Shown piece by piece: positions 47,561 through 57,010 of a stretch of 64,000 nt of DNA (positions are counted from its first letter, which is position 1; each line of letters opens with the position of its first letter). This stretch comes from Promethearchaeota archaeon (lineage in GTDB: Archaea; Asgardarchaeota; Lokiarchaeia; Sigyniarchaeales; SOKP01). Location of the stretch: positions 8,106 to 72,105 of the forward strand of contig JBHLMP010000009.1 in assembly GCA_048938025.1 (NCBI GenBank), read 5' to 3'. A program made the position numbers and the translations under genes. Below the pieces are notes generated by a model that was not told where the DNA came from, ran no database searches, and saw only the letters and a list, made by a program, of their open reading frames with translations.

Positions 47561-50329
47561 ATGAATCTTTTTAATTCTACTAATTTTGGTAAGAATAGTA
47601 GACGTAATCAACAAACTCTGAAAAAGATATTTTGTCTTTTCTTTTTGATAATTATTATTTTTAGTTTTATAGATATTAAAGAAATTTTCACAGTTTCATC
47701 TAATTTTGATTCTCCTTCGGATATCCAAAATACTTTCGATACTACTCCTAATTTGGCAACAGATACTTCAATGCTTCAAGATCCTTTTACTAAAAACTTT
47801 GATGGAATACAACAATTTTTTGAAAGTAAATATAAGTCAGATTTGGATCTACGTATTGATCTGTATTTTAGATATGGAGACAATTCTGGTAATATTGTAG
47901 ATGATACCATATTTTCTGAGGATAATTTATTATTATATAAATCATTGATGGGAACAGATCTTAGCCATATAGAAATATATGAAAAATACTTAGATTTAAA
48001 ATCAACTCCTTTGTGGTATGAGGAGAGTCTAAATCAATTTCAATATGGATTTATGAGATCTTTTGATAATACAACAGAGACTATAAAAGATGATAATAGA
48101 TATCTTATTGACAACTTAATGCCTGTATTCCTATTAATTGACAGTATTGGAACAGATATGAAAAATATTAATATTAATGGAGATACACCTATAGGATCTA
48201 TAGTAGAAATTTTTAATCTTATTAATTCTTCTGAATTTTGGGATAGTACTAATTTTGGCTTCAATTATCGTAATTCTACTGCAGATGTTAAATATACTAA
48301 GTATAATTTATATGGGGTTCTAGCTAATTTATATATTCATAGACTTTTTGGGGAGCTAGGAGAGGAAAGTGAGATAAAAGATAGAGCATATGAAGATTTA
48401 GCAATTCCAACTATGGCAAAATTGATTGTTAATATGTGGGATGCCCCTCTATATTTAGGTTTCTACTATAACGCTACAGGTTCATGGAATACAGGAGGAG
48501 CATTTGCTAAAGATAAATATTTAGATGTAAATGCCTTAGGAATAATAACATTATTAGAATATTGGGTTGAAACTGGGAAAAAAAATGATTCTTCTTATCT
48601 CCAAAAAGCAATTTATCTTTATAACAAGTTAGATGAAAAATTATGGGTATCTGGTCCTGCTTATATGTATAAAGCAGACCGAGATTGGAGCAATGCTGAC
48701 CCAGAATATAATCTTGAAGCAAACTCTATTATGATGAGTGCTTGTTTAAAATTATTTGAATTAACTGGAAATATTACCTATTATAATAGGGCAATAGAAA
48801 TATTTGATTATTTTGAAAATAATTTGTATGATGGTCCTTTAAATAAGGCGTATGATTCTTCAAATAGCGATCCAAGTAAGAATTTACACTCTAATCTCAA
48901 ATTGAGTGAGGCTTATTTAAACGCTTTTGAAATTTATAATAGCACTAATTTAAGATCAGTTTATAATGTTTCTGATGATGTTCCTAATTTTATATTTTTT
49001 CAAGATCGTATGAATTTAACTACTACATATTCTTTTGAGAAATTAATGCTATATTACAATCCCGTTAATTCGTCTTTTGCACCGACTAAAATAAGATATG
49101 ATATTATTAATGCCGATATTCATTACCTTTTTAAATATCCAAATGGAACTTTCTTTAAGCAATTTGAATATCCTAGTAATCCAGATACTTCACACACTCT
49201 TTTATATGATATTCCAGAGACTCTATCTATTGGAAATGGATATAACATATATGTATGGGCTAATACAACTTATTTTAGTTTCGCTGAGATTATTAAGACA
49301 TTTAATGTGAATTCTGGTTTAGTGAATTATACAATAAAAGGAATGGTTGGAACATTATATCAGGGTTTAGTTTTAAATGTAACTGTTCCAATTAACAATA
49401 CTCGTAATGAAGATGTGACTTTATCAACAATTTTAGAAGGAGAGCAAATTAACAATTATCCTACTCAAATTATAAATTTCACATCATTCGAAATTACAGA
49501 AGTATCTTTTAATCTCACTGCAAAATTTGGTGCAGTTCTTGGAAGTACTGAAATACACTTTAAATTTATAAAAGGAAATAATATTTATTTAGAAATTACA
49601 AAAATTATAGAAATTGGACATTCATTTGCCTATGAAGGTTTTATGTATGACGGTAAAATTGTGAGTGGAGATAAAATTTCAGTAGGTATGAATTTGGTTA
49701 ATTTCTTACCAAATGCTACACAATCATTAAATGTAAGTTTTATGGGAGAATTTATTGACGATTTCATTAGCGAGGAGTATTTAGCTGAAAGACAGATAAA
49801 AACAGTACACTATGAATTAAACTCCTCTGAGAATATCATATATGATACCATTGATATTGAAATGAGTATTACTATCAATAAAACTACCTATTATACAGAA
49901 ACTATGGTTATTGAAATACTCCCTATATATGAAATTATTAGTGTATCATTCCCAGATAAGGTTTCTCAAGGAAGTACAGTCTATTTTATTCTGATTATAA
50001 AGAATAATCGTGAAGAATCAGAAGTTTTTTCATTATACGTAAATAATAAAAAAAGTAGCACCAATATAAACCAGTTAGCTCCTGGAGATAATAGGATTGT
50101 TAAAAAAATAACACTACCATTTGATCCTTACGATTTTGGCTCAAAAACCTACAGTTTTTTATTAGAAGATAGTTCTGGAGAGTCTATTGCATTATTTTAT
50201 TTTGAAGTTACTATAGAATTATCCACATTTAATTTAATAATATTTTATATCTTACCCATAATAGTTCCGATTGGAATAATATTATATTTTAAGAATAAAG
50301 ATATAAAAGTTAAAAAATTGAGGAGATGA
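47561..50329 (+). CDS. large surface protein: N-terminal signal-anchor, alpha-helical repeat (six-hairpin-like) region, beta-sandwich (CARDB-like) region, C-terminal TM anchor
   Basis: An N-terminal hydrophobic helix (IFCLFFLIIIIFSF), many N-x-S/T sequons, a C-terminal FNLIIFYILPIIVPIGIILYF helix and a KKLRR tail. Domain calls are by pattern only. Confidence 0.7.
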   Translation: MNLFNSTNFGKNSRRNQQTLKKIFCLFFLIIIIFSFIDIKEIFTVSSNFDSPSDIQNTFDTTPNLATDTSMLQDPFTKNFDGIQQFFESKYKSDLDLRIDLYFRYGDNSGNIVDDTIFSEDNLLLYKSLMGTDLSHIEIYEKYLDLKSTPLWYEESLNQFQYGFMRSFDNTTETIKDDNRYLIDNLMPVFLLIDSIGTDMKNININGDTPIGSIVEIFNLINSSEFWDSTNFGFNYRNSTADVKYTKYNLYGVLANLYIHRLFGELGEESEIKDRAYEDLAIPTMAKLIVNMWDAPLYLGFYYNATGSWNTGGAFAKDKYLDVNALGIITLLEYWVETGKKNDSSYLQKAIYLYNKLDEKLWVSGPAYMYKADRDWSNADPEYNLEANSIMMSACLKLFELTGNITYYNRAIEIFDYFENNLYDGPLNKAYDSSNSDPSKNLHSNLKLSEAYLNAFEIYNSTNLRSVYNVSDDVPNFIFFQDRMNLTTTYSFEKLMLYYNPVNSSFAPTKIRYDIINADIHYLFKYPNGTFFKQFEYPSNPDTSHTLLYDIPETLSIGNGYNIYVWANTTYFSFAEIIKTFNVNSGLVNYTIKGMVGTLYQGLVLNVTVPINNTRNEDVTLSTILEGEQINNYPTQIINFTSFEITEVSFNLTAKFGAVLGSTEIHFKFIKGNNIYLEITKIIEIGHSFAYEGFMYDGKIVSGDKISVGMNLVNFLPNATQSLNVSFMGEFIDDFISEEYLAERQIKTVHYELNSSENIIYDTIDIEMSITINKTTYYTETMVIEILPIYEIISVSFPDKVSQGSTVYFILIIKNNREESEVFSLYVNNKKSSTNINQLAPGDNRIVKKITLPFDPYDFGSKTYSFLLEDSSGESIALFYFEVTIELSTFNLIIFYILPIIVPIGIILYFKNKDIKVKKLRR

Positions 50330-50336
50330 CCTAAGA

Positions 50337-52043
50337 GTGAAAAAGATACAATATATCAGCGTAGTCTTTATATTTCTAGTATTATCAAGTCTTTCATTTT
50401 ACTTTTTACCATTCTCAGGGTTTAATTTACAAAAAGATTATTTTCAAACTCAAAATGAAGAAAATAAAGATTTGATTGAATCTGCCGATGTTGGAGATCC
50501 AATACCTGAAGAAGGTTATATTACCCTAAATGTGACAGAAGTTTATCGATTATTTGAATCTATTAATATTACCATTTATGCCCCAGACTTTCTTTTTCCT
50601 ACTATTGATAAATCCGTTTTGGAAATTTCCTTTACAAATGGATCAGTAATAACTTATAATATGACTGGTTTTGGAGTTGAAGAATTTATATATGTATACC
50701 GACCAGAATATAATGCACCATTGGGAGTCCAAAATGTTAGTTTTCTGCTTTATAATTCAAATTGGAATCTATTGAATGCCCATACAACATATAAAAACTT
50801 TACAATTAAAACAAATTACATGCTTAATTTTAATAGCTCTGAATATTATGTAGAAGATAATTTATCTGCTGAATTGACTGTAAATGACTTTAAAACTTAC
50901 CAATTTGATTGGAATATTACCATCGTTGATAGTGCAAATGAAGCAACGCAAACAAATTTATTTGACCTTGAAAATAACCTTGTTCAATTTTCTTTTATGA
51001 TAGAAAACGACACATTCGATCAAGTAGATAAAACCTATTATGTTAAAGTTAATATATCAGATGTTGGTACTGGAGAAGTATATCCTACGTACTTTCCATT
51101 TGATGTATTGAATTCACTCCCTCGGATAATACCTTCAACTATTAATTTCTCTTTAGAAGAAGTCCCTAGAACTGAATCATGTGAAATTTCATTAAATGTG
51201 ACAGATATTGAAAATATACCAGCAGAACTTATTGTTAACATGGATCTTGAAGATCCTAATGGTAATGTGCTTAAAGTGAGTATTTCTCATAAAGAAGGAA
51301 TGTCATTTTCTACAAGTTTTTCTATTCCCGCAGATAGACCAATAGGAAAATATAGGGTAAATTTTACAGCAAAAGATCTCGATAATGGAGTTGGTTCTTA
51401 TTTAACTTTTTTAACTGTAGAAAATAATCCTCCTGATATTCATAGTTATAAAATAAATGGTCATTCAATGGATGAGAGTATATCAGTATTATATGGAGAT
51501 GATTTAACTTTTACATTTAATGTATCAGATGTGGAAGGAATTGCTTATATAACTGTTGCCCTTATTAATAAGAATAATGATTGGTATAATATTACGAGAG
51601 CTTATACGGGTGAAGATATGAGAATTCGTATTAGAACTGCTGAGTTAGTAAAAGGAACATGGTATGTTTATATTTATGTCACTGACACTGATTGGAAAAC
51701 AACAAGCCTTATCGATGATTATAATTTAGCTCCGCAACAAATAAGAATTATTTCTGATGTTTTTTCTGATATTTTACCATGGGTGACATTTATTGTTGGA
51801 ATAATTTTTGGTATATTAGCAGGGATTGGTGGATCCTACAAACTATTAAAGGCAAGATCATTAGAAGCACAAAAAGTAAGTTTAGTGAAGAAAGAACCTA
51901 TTAAATCAATCAAAAAATCAGAAAAGAAAGGAGTAAAACCAAAAAAAGAAGAGCCTATTAAAGAAGTGGAGAGAGAACCGTCTAAAGAGGAAGAAGAAAA
52001 ACAAAAAGCACCTTATCGCAAAATAAAAAGAAAATTAAACTAA
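50337..52043 (+). CDS. type-I-topology surface protein with repeated beta-sandwich (cadherin-like) modules, TM helix and K/E-rich cytoplasmic tail
   Basis: GTG start and signal peptide. Module ends are ...FTAKDLDNGVGSYLTFLTVENNPPDI and ...NISDVGTGEVYPTYFPFDVLNSLPRI. TM helix ILPWVTFIVGIIFGILAGIGG. The tail carries a KKEPIK / KKEEPIK repeat. Confidence 0.7.
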   Translation: MKKIQYISVVFIFLVLSSLSFYFLPFSGFNLQKDYFQTQNEENKDLIESADVGDPIPEEGYITLNVTEVYRLFESINITIYAPDFLFPTIDKSVLEISFTNGSVITYNMTGFGVEEFIYVYRPEYNAPLGVQNVSFLLYNSNWNLLNAHTTYKNFTIKTNYMLNFNSSEYYVEDNLSAELTVNDFKTYQFDWNITIVDSANEATQTNLFDLENNLVQFSFMIENDTFDQVDKTYYVKVNISDVGTGEVYPTYFPFDVLNSLPRIIPSTINFSLEEVPRTESCEISLNVTDIENIPAELIVNMDLEDPNGNVLKVSISHKEGMSFSTSFSIPADRPIGKYRVNFTAKDLDNGVGSYLTFLTVENNPPDIHSYKINGHSMDESISVLYGDDLTFTFNVSDVEGIAYITVALINKNNDWYNITRAYTGEDMRIRIRTAELVKGTWYVYIYVTDTDWKTTSLIDDYNLAPQQIRIISDVFSDILPWVTFIVGIIFGILAGIGGSYKLLKARSLEAQKVSLVKKEPIKSIKKSEKKGVKPKKEEPIKEVEREPSKEEEEKQKAPYRKIKRKLN

Positions 52044-52084
52044 AGGAAAAATATTTATATTAATTCAATCTAGCTTCTTTTATA

Positions 52085-53008
52085 TTACTCTAAGCCAATC
52101 TCATAAAGTCTATAGTGAAATTTTCCTAGTTTACCACCATAGTTACCTGCTGAGATTCTATTTATTCCATTAACTTTTACAGCTGCCTTGATTCCTAGAT
52201 TTAATGCTTTTTTTACGGCATCTTCAGTAGCTCCATCTAAAACAATCTCAAAAACCGCCCCATCTCCCTCTCTTAATTGAGTATCTTCTACCTTCGTTCT
52301 TAAAGTTGGACAATAAGCATGGTTAGTGCTTGCAAAAAGTCCTGGAATGTTTTCATATTGGGTTCCAACTTTTGATCCTGATGCTACAACTCCCCCTGGA
52401 AAAGGAGCGATAACATTTTCCACATCTTTTATAGCCTCAATTGCTTTCTCTGCAGCTTCTAATGTAGATTCTTGGTCTTTTCCGATTATTAAAAAATTTC
52501 CACCGGCTATTCCTTTCCCAACTTTAAAAGAACTCTGAATAATAAATTCTCCTCCCATAATAGGAATTTTCCATGCGGGAAATGGAAAAACACCTTCAAT
52601 CTTTTCTTCATACTTATCTCCAAAAAATTTAAGGAAATAACCTGTTTTTACTTCAAATTCCTTTTCTGGTTCTAAAGAACCTCCTATTGCATCAAAACAA
52701 GCAGTGGTAGGGCATGGTAGAATGCATTGTCCAACACGGTGCAGCATTACATTACTAACTTTATCCTTATTCCTAATAAAAAACATCAATACAACTCCAG
52801 GACGATTATCGGGTGTTTTATTTGCAGGTACTAATACATCTATTCCAGCCTCTGCGTCACAACCAATCCCTGATGTACCATAACCCGTTGCTTCTTGAGC
52901 TGCTATTTTAACCCATTTTTCATTTTTAGCAGTTATTAAAATTCTTGTAAAGAAGCCTCCAAATGCTTCACAATAGGTATCTTCAATTTCTACTCCATTT
53001 AATTGCAT
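52085..53008 (-). CDS. ftr: formylmethanofuran:tetrahydromethanopterin N-formyltransferase
   Basis: MQLNGVEIEDTYCEAFGGFFTRILITA is near-identical in pattern to methanogen Ftr N-termini. The ~300 aa length fits. Confidence 0.92.
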   Translation of the reverse strand: MQLNGVEIEDTYCEAFGGFFTRILITAKNEKWVKIAAQEATGYGTSGIGCDAEAGIDVLVPANKTPDNRPGVVLMFFIRNKDKVSNVMLHRVGQCILPCPTTACFDAIGGSLEPEKEFEVKTGYFLKFFGDKYEEKIEGVFPFPAWKIPIMGGEFIIQSSFKVGKGIAGGNFLIIGKDQESTLEAAEKAIEAIKDVENVIAPFPGGVVASGSKVGTQYENIPGLFASTNHAYCPTLRTKVEDTQLREGDGAVFEIVLDGATEDAVKKALNLGIKAAVKVNGINRISAGNYGGKLGKFHYRLYEIGLE

Positions 53009-53167
53009 TTTTTACACCTTTTTTAGTTTTAATTAATTTTAGTCATTATTAAATTAGACATCTATTTTATATAAAATTTTAAAATAAAATTAATAACATT
53101 GAAAAATTGTTAGAGATAAATAGTAATTATAATTAAATTTCTGAAATTATAAATTTAATTGATTAAA

Positions 53168-54013
53168 ATGAGCGACGATAAGATTCTTAAAATTGGAATT
53201 TTGAAGAATGGAACAATTGGTTCGTCTTTATTACTAGCTTTCTTAATGGATGAAAGAGCTGAAGCCACCAGAATCAATGTTTATGAGATAACCTCTGGAG
53301 CCAAAATGCATCCACCAGAAATGTGTACCGAAACTATGAAGGACTTATTAAAATGGGAGCCAGAATTGATTTTAATGTCAAGCCCGAATGCTGCACTTAA
53401 AGGTCCTAAAGAGGCTAGAGATATGGTTAAAGACACCGGGATACCTACAATTATAATCTCAGACGCTCCCGCTAGGAACGCAGTAGAAGAAATTCAAGAG
53501 AAGGGAATGGGGTATATTCTTGTAAATTGTGATAGTATGATTGGTGCGAGGAGACCATTTTTAGATCCTATTGAAATGAGTTGCTTCAATGCGGATTTAT
53601 TAAAAGTGCTGGCAATAACTGGCGCTCTTCAAGTTATTGCTGAAGAGTTAAATAAAGTAATTCTAGATATGCTAGAAGGTAGAACACCAATTTTACCACA
53701 GATTATCATTGATGCTATAACTGCTATAAAGGCTGCTAAATTTTCTAACCCATATGCAGAAGCTAAAGCTATAGCTGCTTTTGAATTAGCTGCTTCAGTT
53801 TCAAAAATTACAGGAAAAGCTTGTTTTGTACTTAAAGAGAGATCTGAATATATGCCATTACTAGCAACTGCCCATGAAATGATGAGAACAGCAGCACTTA
53901 TGTGTGATGAAGCGCGAGAAATAGAAAAATATAATGATTCAGTTTTAAGAAGACCTCACCATGTTAAACAGCACTTCTTAACAAAAAGGGGGCTTCACGA
54001 GAAAGAAAAATAA
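53168..54013 (+). CDS. mtd: F420-dependent methylene-H4MPT dehydrogenase
   Basis: Contains KIGILKNGTIGSS..LMDERA, GYILVNCDSMIGARRPFLDPIEMSCFNADLLKVLA, ATAHEMMRTAA and DEAREIEKYNDSVLRRPH, which match remembered Mtd. The ATG at 53168 is preferred over the track TTG at 53159. Confidence 0.9.
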   Translation: MSDDKILKIGILKNGTIGSSLLLAFLMDERAEATRINVYEITSGAKMHPPEMCTETMKDLLKWEPELILMSSPNAALKGPKEARDMVKDTGIPTIIISDAPARNAVEEIQEKGMGYILVNCDSMIGARRPFLDPIEMSCFNADLLKVLAITGALQVIAEELNKVILDMLEGRTPILPQIIIDAITAIKAAKFSNPYAEAKAIAAFELAASVSKITGKACFVLKERSEYMPLLATAHEMMRTAALMCDEAREIEKYNDSVLRRPHHVKQHFLTKRGLHEKEK

Positions 54014-54129
54014 ATTATTATCAATATTTCTTCTAAAATTTATTTTTTTATTTTGCTAATTCTAATCTCAAGAATAGAATTACATAAAAACATATAATTT
54101 CACAAGAAAATAGAATAAAATGACTATGT

Positions 54130-55077
54130 TTAAGTTATTAAGAATTCCTTTAAATTCTCAAATTCTTCTCCACTCAGGGCATTCATTACACCAGAGAAGA
54201 CTTCAGTTTGTCTATTTTTCGTAATTGCCATTAAAACTGCTCCATTGCTCACCTCTTTCACTAAGATATAACAATTATCAGATTCATAAACAATAGTAGA
54301 TAAATATAAAGCAGAATAATTAGATATATTTTGTAACTCCATAACTTGCTGATAAATGTTATAAATATTTGAATCTAAAGTTCCTATTTCAAACTTCATG
54401 AACTGTAGGGGCTTTAGATCGAGCTTTCCAAAAGTAGAGGCAATTAATAATCCATCAGGCTGATTAAATAAAAGATACTCAGATAATGTATTAATTTTTA
54501 ACTGATCAAGTAAATTTCGTATCTTTCCTAAACGTTGCATTGATAATGTATTCTTCTGGATTTCATAATCTAATATTTCAATTAATCTGTGTTGCGCACT
54601 GCCTTCTTTTACTGATACTGGCGTAAAAGCGAGTTTCTTCATTAAATCCTCATTTAACTCATTAGATAAAACTTTAAAAAAATCATCCTCTCTTGATTCT
54701 GGTAAATCTATTTTATTTAATAATACATAAATGTTCTCAATATTGGGAGAGAATTCAAGTAGATATTTTAAAAAATTATCGAAAATTTCTCGAACATTTG
54801 GATCAATTACTACAGAATCAACCATGAAAACCGCTGTTGTAGATTCTGAAAATATACGCTCTCTTTGGGATTCAGAAAAGTACCGCTCCATATACCGTTC
54901 TTGTCCTCCTAGATCCCAGACGTTAAGTTCCATTATACCCCGAAATATAAAATTTTCTCTTGAAACACCTTTAGTAGGTTTCAAATTTAAAACCTTCATA
55001 AAATTATATCCTAAACAAGTAGTTCTCATTAGACTGGTTTTCCCTGCACCTGCAGGGCCAAAAAGCAGTATTTTCAT
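54130..55077 (-). CDS. Rag/Gtr-like small GTPase fused to C-terminal roadblock/longin-like domain
   Basis: G1 FGPAGAGKTS, G3 VWDLGGQERY and G4 LNKIDL. The post-G3 YMERYFSESQRERIFSESTTAVFMVD parallels RagA [25 protein letters not shown]. The ~130-aa C-terminal alpha/beta domain resembles the Rag C-terminal roadblock domain. Confidence 0.72.
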   Translation of the reverse strand: MKILLFGPAGAGKTSLMRTTCLGYNFMKVLNLKPTKGVSRENFIFRGIMELNVWDLGGQERYMERYFSESQRERIFSESTTAVFMVDSVVIDPNVREIFDNFLKYLLEFSPNIENIYVLLNKIDLPESREDDFFKVLSNELNEDLMKKLAFTPVSVKEGSAQHRLIEILDYEIQKNTLSMQRLGKIRNLLDQLKINTLSEYLLFNQPDGLLIASTFGKLDLKPLQFMKFEIGTLDSNIYNIYQQVMELQNISNYSALYLSTIVYESDNCYILVKEVSNGAVLMAITKNRQTEVFSGVMNALSGEEFENLKEFLIT

Positions 55078-55280
55078 AGGGATTCTCTTTTTGAATTTAA
55101 ATTAATTTTAATTACAGTTCTAATATATTTTTTATACTTTAATCGTTATTTAATTTTTTCTAATTAATTAAAAGAAATATTCTGTTTTAAAGGGGATTGA
55201 TCTGATGACGATTCAATTCAATTAAATATGATTTTAAATTAACTAAAATAAAAAATAAATTTAAATTGGAATTGATATAA

Positions 55281-55808
55281 ATGAACTTGGAAGAATTTAT
55301 TCGTAATGTACCGGGCTTCCCAAAACCAGGTATACAATTCAAAGACGTTACAACATTGTGTAAAGTACATGCTCCCTTTAAAGAATCATGCAATAGAATA
55401 ATAGAATATTTCAAGAATAAAGGGATAACTAAAGTTGCTGCTATTGAAGCTCGTGGATATGTTTGGGGAGGGGTTCTAGCATATCAATTAGGCGCTGGAT
55501 TTGTATTAATGAGAAAGCCAGGTAAATTGCCCGCAGAGACATTAAGCGAAACATATGAGCTTGAATATGGAACAGATACAATTGAGATGCACAAGGATGC
55601 GATTGAGAGAGACGAAAAAGTTTTAGTTTTTGATGATCTATTAGCAACTGGGGGTACTGCTAAAGCAGCATGTAATTTAGTGGAAAAAGCAGGAGGACAA
55701 GTCATTGGAGTTGCTTTTGTTATTGAACTTACCGGCAGTTTACATGGTAGAGATAAGTTAGAAGGTTATGATATTCTTTCTCTAATTAAAATCCCAGTTG
55801 AAGAGTAA
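55281..55808 (+). CDS. apt: adenine phosphoribosyltransferase
   Basis: Contains FPKPGIQFKDVTTL, IEARGYVWGG, YELEYG and VLVFDDLLATGGTA (PRPP loop). Confidence 0.92.
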   Translation: MNLEEFIRNVPGFPKPGIQFKDVTTLCKVHAPFKESCNRIIEYFKNKGITKVAAIEARGYVWGGVLAYQLGAGFVLMRKPGKLPAETLSETYELEYGTDTIEMHKDAIERDEKVLVFDDLLATGGTAKAACNLVEKAGGQVIGVAFVIELTGSLHGRDKLEGYDILSLIKIPVEE

Positions 55809-55860
55809 ATCCTTTATTATGAATTCAAGATTTTTTAAAATCAATGAATAATCTTTTTTT

Positions 55861-56859
55861 TTATAGATTTTCTAATTCAGTAGGAGTATAGCCAAATGTA
55901 TTAAAAAACCGTTTTCTAACTTGTTTAATATTAAAGATTTGTGTTTGAGCTCCTGTAGTTTCAACCACAAAGGAGCCGATAATAGATCCTAATCTACAAG
56001 AATCTAATATTGTCATGTTCAGCACTAATCCCGTAAGTATTCCAGCACGGTATCCATCTCCAGCCCCAGTTGTATCTTCAATTTTCATAGGAGTTGCAAT
56101 CGGGATATTAATTTTATATATTTTATTATTTTCGTCTCTATAGATTAATTCAGAACCTTCAGATCCTTTTGTGATAATTATTGCCTTAACATATTCGAGA
56201 ATAGACTCTTCAGCTAATTCGGATCTCTCTTTAATTTGTCTTATCTCATGATTATTACCAATTAATATATCTGATCTTTTGAGTATATCAATTAAATTTT
56301 CTCTCTGAAAAAGAGGTGTAATTTGACCAGGATCAAATATAGAAGGTATTTGTAAGTCATTCAATTGAGCGGCAAAATTAGTCATAGCTTCTACGCTTTG
56401 TGTTGAGTTTATTGCATAAACAAACTCTTCTGGGTTTGATACTTTTTCTCTTAAATCAATATCTTTACACCTATCTAAAGCACCACCATGAAAAATAATC
56501 ATTTGATTTGATTTAATGTCATTAACTATGTAACAAGCCGCTGTAAAAAGATTATCATGGACATCAACTTTAAGATCTACATTTTTAAACTTTTTTATAT
56601 GATCCTTATATCCCAATGTCTCAAAATCATTCCCTACTGACCCTAATATAGAAACTTTAGCTATACTGAGTAATCCTAGATTATAAGCAATATTGCCTGC
56701 TGTTCCACCAAAAAATTGATGACGACTATCTGCGGTAATGGTACTTTGATATTCTTCCTTATCATGATCAATCGATACAGCGCTAATAAAATTCTCTTTA
56801 AAACTCATAATATAATCAAAAGCTAATGATCCAAGTACGAGGACTTTGTTTTTTAGCAT
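55861..56859 (-). CDS. PfkB-family carbohydrate/nucleoside kinase
   Basis: Contains FGGTAGNIAYNL (GG motif) and DTTGAGDGYRAG (PfkB signature 2). Confidence 0.8.
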   Translation of the reverse strand: MLKNKVLVLGSLAFDYIMSFKENFISAVSIDHDKEEYQSTITADSRHQFFGGTAGNIAYNLGLLSIAKVSILGSVGNDFETLGYKDHIKKFKNVDLKVDVHDNLFTAACYIVNDIKSNQMIIFHGGALDRCKDIDLREKVSNPEEFVYAINSTQSVEAMTNFAAQLNDLQIPSIFDPGQITPLFQRENLIDILKRSDILIGNNHEIRQIKERSELAEESILEYVKAIIITKGSEGSELIYRDENNKIYKINIPIATPMKIEDTTGAGDGYRAGILTGLVLNMTILDSCRLGSIIGSFVVETTGAQTQIFNIKQVRKRFFNTFGYTPTELENL

Positions 56860-57010
56860 AAGACAAGAAATTAAATTTTAGAACTATATTTTACACTAAT
56901 CAATATTGTGTTAAAACTTTATAGAATTTAGCAGGAGTGGGTAAGTTTTTTAAAAAATAATTTATTAAATTTTTAATTTTATAATTTAAATACTGTAAAA
57001 GTTGAAAATT

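Noticed and set aside
47288-47614. Minus-strand 108-aa ORF bridging the glyS 3' end and the start of the 922-aa gene.
   Set aside because: It is an Ile/Phe/Leu/Lys-rich low-complexity translation of AT-rich DNA and overlaps two supported genes.
55187-55414. Minus-strand 75-aa ORF overlapping the apt start. The same applies to other short antisense ORFs: 55441..55705, 28045..28344, 30097..30886, 34019..34253, 59255..60175 and others.
   Set aside because: All lie within or antisense to strongly supported genes and have no motifs. They are typical spurious ORFs in an AT-rich genome.
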